Positions 60,097 through 64,000 of a stretch of DNA of 64,000 nt are shown here, in pieces. Under the pieces are notes generated by a model. It was not told the DNA's origin and ran no database searches. It saw only the letters and a program-made list of their open reading frames with translations. The DNA comes from an uncultured archaeon. Its GTDB lineage: Archaea; Thermoproteota; Bathyarchaeia; Bathyarchaeales; Bathycorpusculaceae. The first letter of the stretch is position 1, and each line of letters begins with the position of its first letter. Location of the stretch: contig CAWALK010000015.1 in assembly GCA_963782915.1 (NCBI GenBank), positions 1-64,000 on the forward strand. Reading direction: 5' to 3'. The position numbers and the translations under genes are program-made.

Positions 60097-62909
60097 ATGG
60101 TTGAAAAATCGTTCCCAGCAGAAGCTTATCAACTTCCATTCTTCAAACAAGAAGGCTTTGTCAGAAAACATTGCCCAAAATGCGGCGAATGGTTCTGGAC
60201 ACAAAACCAGAGTCAAGAAACCTGCGGCGAATCCGGCAGCGATGAATGCGGATGCTACAATTTCCTTGGCAACCCCGCCACAAAAAAGAAGTTCACCCTC
60301 CCAGAGATGCGCGAGGCATTCTTATCGTTCTTTGAGAAAAACGGGCACACACGCATAAAACCCTATCCAGTTGTTGCGCGTTGGAGAAAAGACATCTACC
60401 TCACCCATGCAAGCATCATCGATTTTCAACCCTATGTAACCGAAGGAATTTCGCCTCCACCAGCAAATCCACTGGTTATTTCGCAGCCTTCAATCAGATT
60501 AACTGACATCGCTAATACAGGTCCTACCTTTGGTCGACACCTAACCATTTTTGAAATGGGCGGTGCTCATGCATTCAACTATCCAGACAAAGAAGTCTAT
60601 TGGAAAGATGACACCGTACGATTCCACCAGCGTTTCTGTACTGAAGCGCTGGGAATCGCCTCAGATGCCGTGACCTATAAGGAAAGTGTTTGGGTTGGCG
60701 GAGGTAACGCGGGTCCAGCGGTAGAATGTATCGTTGGCGGAATAGAAGTTGGTACACTTGTGTTCATGCAGTACAAGGTTGTCGGCGACGAGTTTGTGCA
60801 GTTGCCAATTCGCACAGTCGATACTGGGTATGGCATTGAACGGTTCACTTGGATTAGTCAGGGCGTCCCAAGTCTTTTCCAGGCAGTCTACGGCGACTTG
60901 CTGGGCAAAGTCATGTCCATGGCAGGCATCACCGACATCGACAACGACTTCCTCGCAAGAGTAGCAAAATACTCAGGGCTTGTCAGCGTTGATAAACGCG
61001 CTAACCGCATGGTTGCACGCAGACGCGTCTCCGAATTAACAGGCATCGATTTACCCACACTCGAAAAAGTCCTCGTACCTATCGAGAACGCTTGGGCAGT
61101 AACAGACCACACAAAAACCCTAAGCTTCATGCTCTCAGAAGGTGTCGTCCCATCCAACATCCAAGAAGGCTACCTCGCAAGACTACTCTTCCGAAGAGTC
61201 TACCGCTTAATGCGTACACTCAACATGAACCCAGATGACCTCTACACAATCGTCGGATTGCAAGCGGATTACTGGGCAAAAGATTTCCCCCACATCAAAG
61301 CATTGCAGGGCGAAATCATTGAAATGCTCAAAGTCGAAGAAGAAAAATTCAAGGATACTCTCCTACGCGGCGAAGGCATGGTTAAACGCATCGCAGCTAG
61401 ACCTCAAATCCAAAGGCACAGGCAAACTCTCACCCGATACACTCGCCGAACTCTACGATTCCCACGGCTTACCACCAGAAATCGTGAAGCAAGCCGCCGA
61501 AAAAGAAGGCGTCGAAGTTGAGGTTCCAGAAAACTTTTATGCATTAATCGCAAGCCGACACATGGCAGCACCTAAACCAGTCGAGGAAGAAGACGCGAAA
61601 GCAGAGAAAACCCTTGAGGCAGAGGCTGAGAAGCTTCCCGCAACAGAGCCACTGTACTACGCAGACGTTTACCAACGTGAGTTTGACGCTAAAGTACTCA
61701 AAATCGTCGGAGACGTCTATGTCGTTTTAGAGGGGTCATGCTTCTATCCTGAAGGCGGTGGACAACCCTGCGATTTAGGCTGGATTACTGCAGACGGCAT
61801 CAAATATGAAGTTGTCGATGTGCAGAAAATCAGCAAAGTAATCGTACACAAACTCAAAGAACCAGCGCAGTTCAAGGAAGGCAGCACCGTCCATGGCATA
61901 TTGGATTGGGATAGACGCTACCAACTCATGAAATCCCACACAGTAACCCACCTAATCAACGGCGCAGCACGCAGAGTCCTAGGCGAACACGTCTGGCAAT
62001 CAGGCACACAGAAAGGTCTTGAAACCTCACGCCTCGACATCTCACATTACCGCAGACTCAGCCAAGAGGAAATCTTCAAAATCGAAACCTTAGCAAACCA
62101 AGCCATCGCAGCCAACATGAAAGTGGAAACCAAGTGGTACCCACGCAACGAAGCAGAATCAAAATATGGCTTCCGACTCTACCAAGGCGGCGCTGTTCCA
62201 GGAAAAGACATCCGCGTTGTCAAAACCGGCGACTGGGATGTTGAAGCATGCGCAGGCACACACTTGGGCACAACAAGCGAAGTCGGATTCGTAAAAATCG
62301 TATACACCGAACGGGTCCAAGACGGCGTTGAAAGATTAGGCTACGCTGTTGGGTTAAAAGCCCTCAAGGCAGTGCAAGACCAAGAAAGCCTTCTCGCAAA
62401 AGTCTCCGAGGTGCTCAATGCGCCAGTGGATAAGCTGGATAAGACCGCTGAGAAGGTCATGAAGGAATTCAAGGAAGCCCAAGTGGAGAAGCGCCGATTA
62501 ATCAAGGAGCTTGCAGCAAAAGAAAGCGCAGGCGTCGGCCAAGCCCAATCTGCTGAAGCAGCCCTCGAAGTAGACGGCATCGCAATCGTTAAACGGGATT
62601 TCGGCGAAATCATCGACGTCAACCGCATGGTACAAACCGCAACAGAAGTCATCAAACGCAACGAAGCCACCGTCACACTCTACTATGGCTCAGACGGCAA
62701 AACCTGCAGAATCATGATTATGGCAGGCGAAACCGCAACCAAAGAAGGGTGTTAACGCTGGCGGCATCGTCAAAGAAGTTGCCCCAATCTTCGGCGGCGG
62801 AGGCGGCGGAAGACCCAACTTTGCTCAGGGCGGCGGCACCAAATGCGACAAATTAGCTGACACCGTTGCAGCGGCTGAAGAAGCCGTAAAGAAGCAGCTG
62901 AAGCATTAA
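60097..62909 (+). CDS. alaS: Alanine--tRNA ligase, archaeal type (frameshifts ~61398, ~62748)
   Basis: PYPVVARWR, ASIIDFQP, HLTIFEM, VDTGYGIER, FYPEGGGQ, HTVTH, EACAGTH and C-terminal GGGGG. Confidence 0.96.
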
Positions 62910-62984
62910 GCTTCTTTTCTCTCTTTGTTTTAGGGTTCACTTTTTATATTAGCCGCACCTAAGCATAGAAAAAGGTGATTTAGC

Positions 62985-63323
62985 TTGGACGCGTTCAAAC
63001 GGATAATTCTGCTCTCAGTGTTGGCTTCGCTTATTGCTTTGGCTTTTATTGCATATGTTGCCACGGACGCGATTCAGGGCGCTAAAATTCCAGACCAAGA
63101 ATACGGTGTAGTCACCTCGAAGGGTCCTGTTACTGATGGGCATGCAGCGGATTATGTGGTTACTATTTCGACGGGTAAAACGCTCTATATTCCAAGCAAC
63201 CAAACAATGTATACCTATCTTCAAGAGAATTCAAGTTACCTGTTTGATTGCAGAATTGACTTGATTGGTGATATGATAATTATCGATGGGGCCTCTCAGC
63301 CGCCTGGCCGAACCGTCACTTAA
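62985..63323 (+). CDS. Hypothetical membrane protein
   Basis: N-terminal TM followed by a small beta domain; GGTGA RBS. Confidence 0.65.
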   Translation: MDAFKRIILLSVLASLIALAFIAYVATDAIQGAKIPDQEYGVVTSKGPVTDGHAADYVVTISTGKTLYIPSNQTMYTYLQENSSYLFDCRIDLIGDMIIIDGASQPPGRTVT

Positions 63324-63509
63324 TATTAGGTAATTTTCATCATTCTTTTCTTGGATTGTTAATCTGCTGTCTGGTTTTTTGGCTGGTTGCTGGTTTTATG
63401 TGTTGTATGCTTTGTTTTGGGGTTGTTTTGGCAGAAAACTTATAAGCAACCAAGCACAGCTGTGCATTAGGTGAAGCGGTGCACAAGCACCAAAGCACTG
63501 GTGAATAAA

Positions 63510-63929
63510 ATGCGCAGAAGCCTAACAGTAACACCCGAAAACGACAAAAAAATCCTGCTCACAAAAGGACGCTTCCTAACAGGAGACGAACCCTTCGACA
63601 TAGACTACACCACAATGGTCAACATTCTCATCGAACTCGGACACAAACTAATGTCACAAGCATGGACCGACAGCACAAACGCACAGATAATCGTCGACAA
63701 AAACGAAGTCGTAGAATCCTTCAAGAAGCACTTCTTCAACGCAGAACTCAAAGAAGAAGCCGTAGGAGACCAAGTCGCCGAAATCATATTCAAAAAAATA
63801 ATGGAACAATCCAACCTTGCTGGCACAAACGACCCAACACAACCACCTAAACAACTCCCAAACCTATCCGCGCCACACCCCGAAAACCCCGCTAAATCAG
63901 AGACAAAAAAACAGAAATATATCGCATAA
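63510..63929 (+). CDS. Hypothetical protein (possible RHH-like N-terminus)
   Basis: GGTGA RBS, then MRRSLTVTPENDKKI...DYTTMVNILIELG. Confidence 0.6.
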   Translation: MRRSLTVTPENDKKILLTKGRFLTGDEPFDIDYTTMVNILIELGHKLMSQAWTDSTNAQIIVDKNEVVESFKKHFFNAELKEEAVGDQVAEIIFKKIMEQSNLAGTNDPTQPPKQLPNLSAPHPENPAKSETKKQKYIA

Positions 63930-63952
63930 CCTAGACAAGAAGGAAATGACTT

Positions 63953-64000
63953 ATGGTTGAAGACAAAGAACCTCAGGCGGTAGACTTCGAGAAAGAGCTC
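63953..64000 (+). CDS. Start of a gene truncated by the window end
   Basis: ATG...MVEDKEPQAVDFEKEL, open to the window end, after an AGAAGGA tract. Confidence 0.35.
   Translation, partial: MVEDKEPQAVDFEKEL

Noticed and set aside
8497-62909. Split reading frames in ileS, hisS, alaS, tiaS, glnA, the Nop2-like gene, the activases and others, read as pseudogenes or programmed frameshifts
   Set aside because: About 20 single-base indels are scattered through essential single-copy genes without shared slippery motifs; long-read indel error explains them best.
63405-63455. Possible fourth family B hairpin (GGTTG...CAACC)
   Set aside because: Too degenerate, and the conserved 5' box was not found at the expected distance.
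1-64000. CRISPR arrays, tRNA/rRNA genes, transposases, integrases
   Set aside because: None recognised by eye; the repeats found are dispersed or are Pro-Thr coding repeats.

Overview
Archaeal chromosomal window. The gene repertoire points to Bathyarchaeia (inference): archaeal-type IleRS/AlaRS/HisRS, TiaS, Trm1, a Nop2-Nip7 pair, a crenarchaeal-like SSB, stand-alone Lrp/AsnC domains and many Pro/Thr-rich or VPEF-CTERM secreted proteins. About 20 genes, including essential ones, are split by 1-bp indels, and about 49.4-52.3 kb looks like basecall noise, so this is probably an error-prone long-read sequence. I found no rRNA, tRNA, CRISPR array or transposase. Main items of interest: (1) a 32.7-40.3 kb locus encoding a double-cubane-type reductase with a BzdP/BzdQ-like ATP-dependent activator, a BzdM-like ferredoxin, NapH-like and DsbD-like membrane proteins, and a large surface protein with a near-identical promoter; (2) a dockerin protein / membrane-anchored HTH regulator / cohesin-PEF-CTERM trio; (3) a glutaminyl cyclase together with several secreted proteins whose signal cleavage would expose Gln (a possible archaeal 'Q-rule'); (4) two families of dispersed intergenic repeats; (5) a DCD-domain-like protein and an orphan contractile-injection-system chaperone-like gene. 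All family assignments come from motif recognition by eye, not from database searches.
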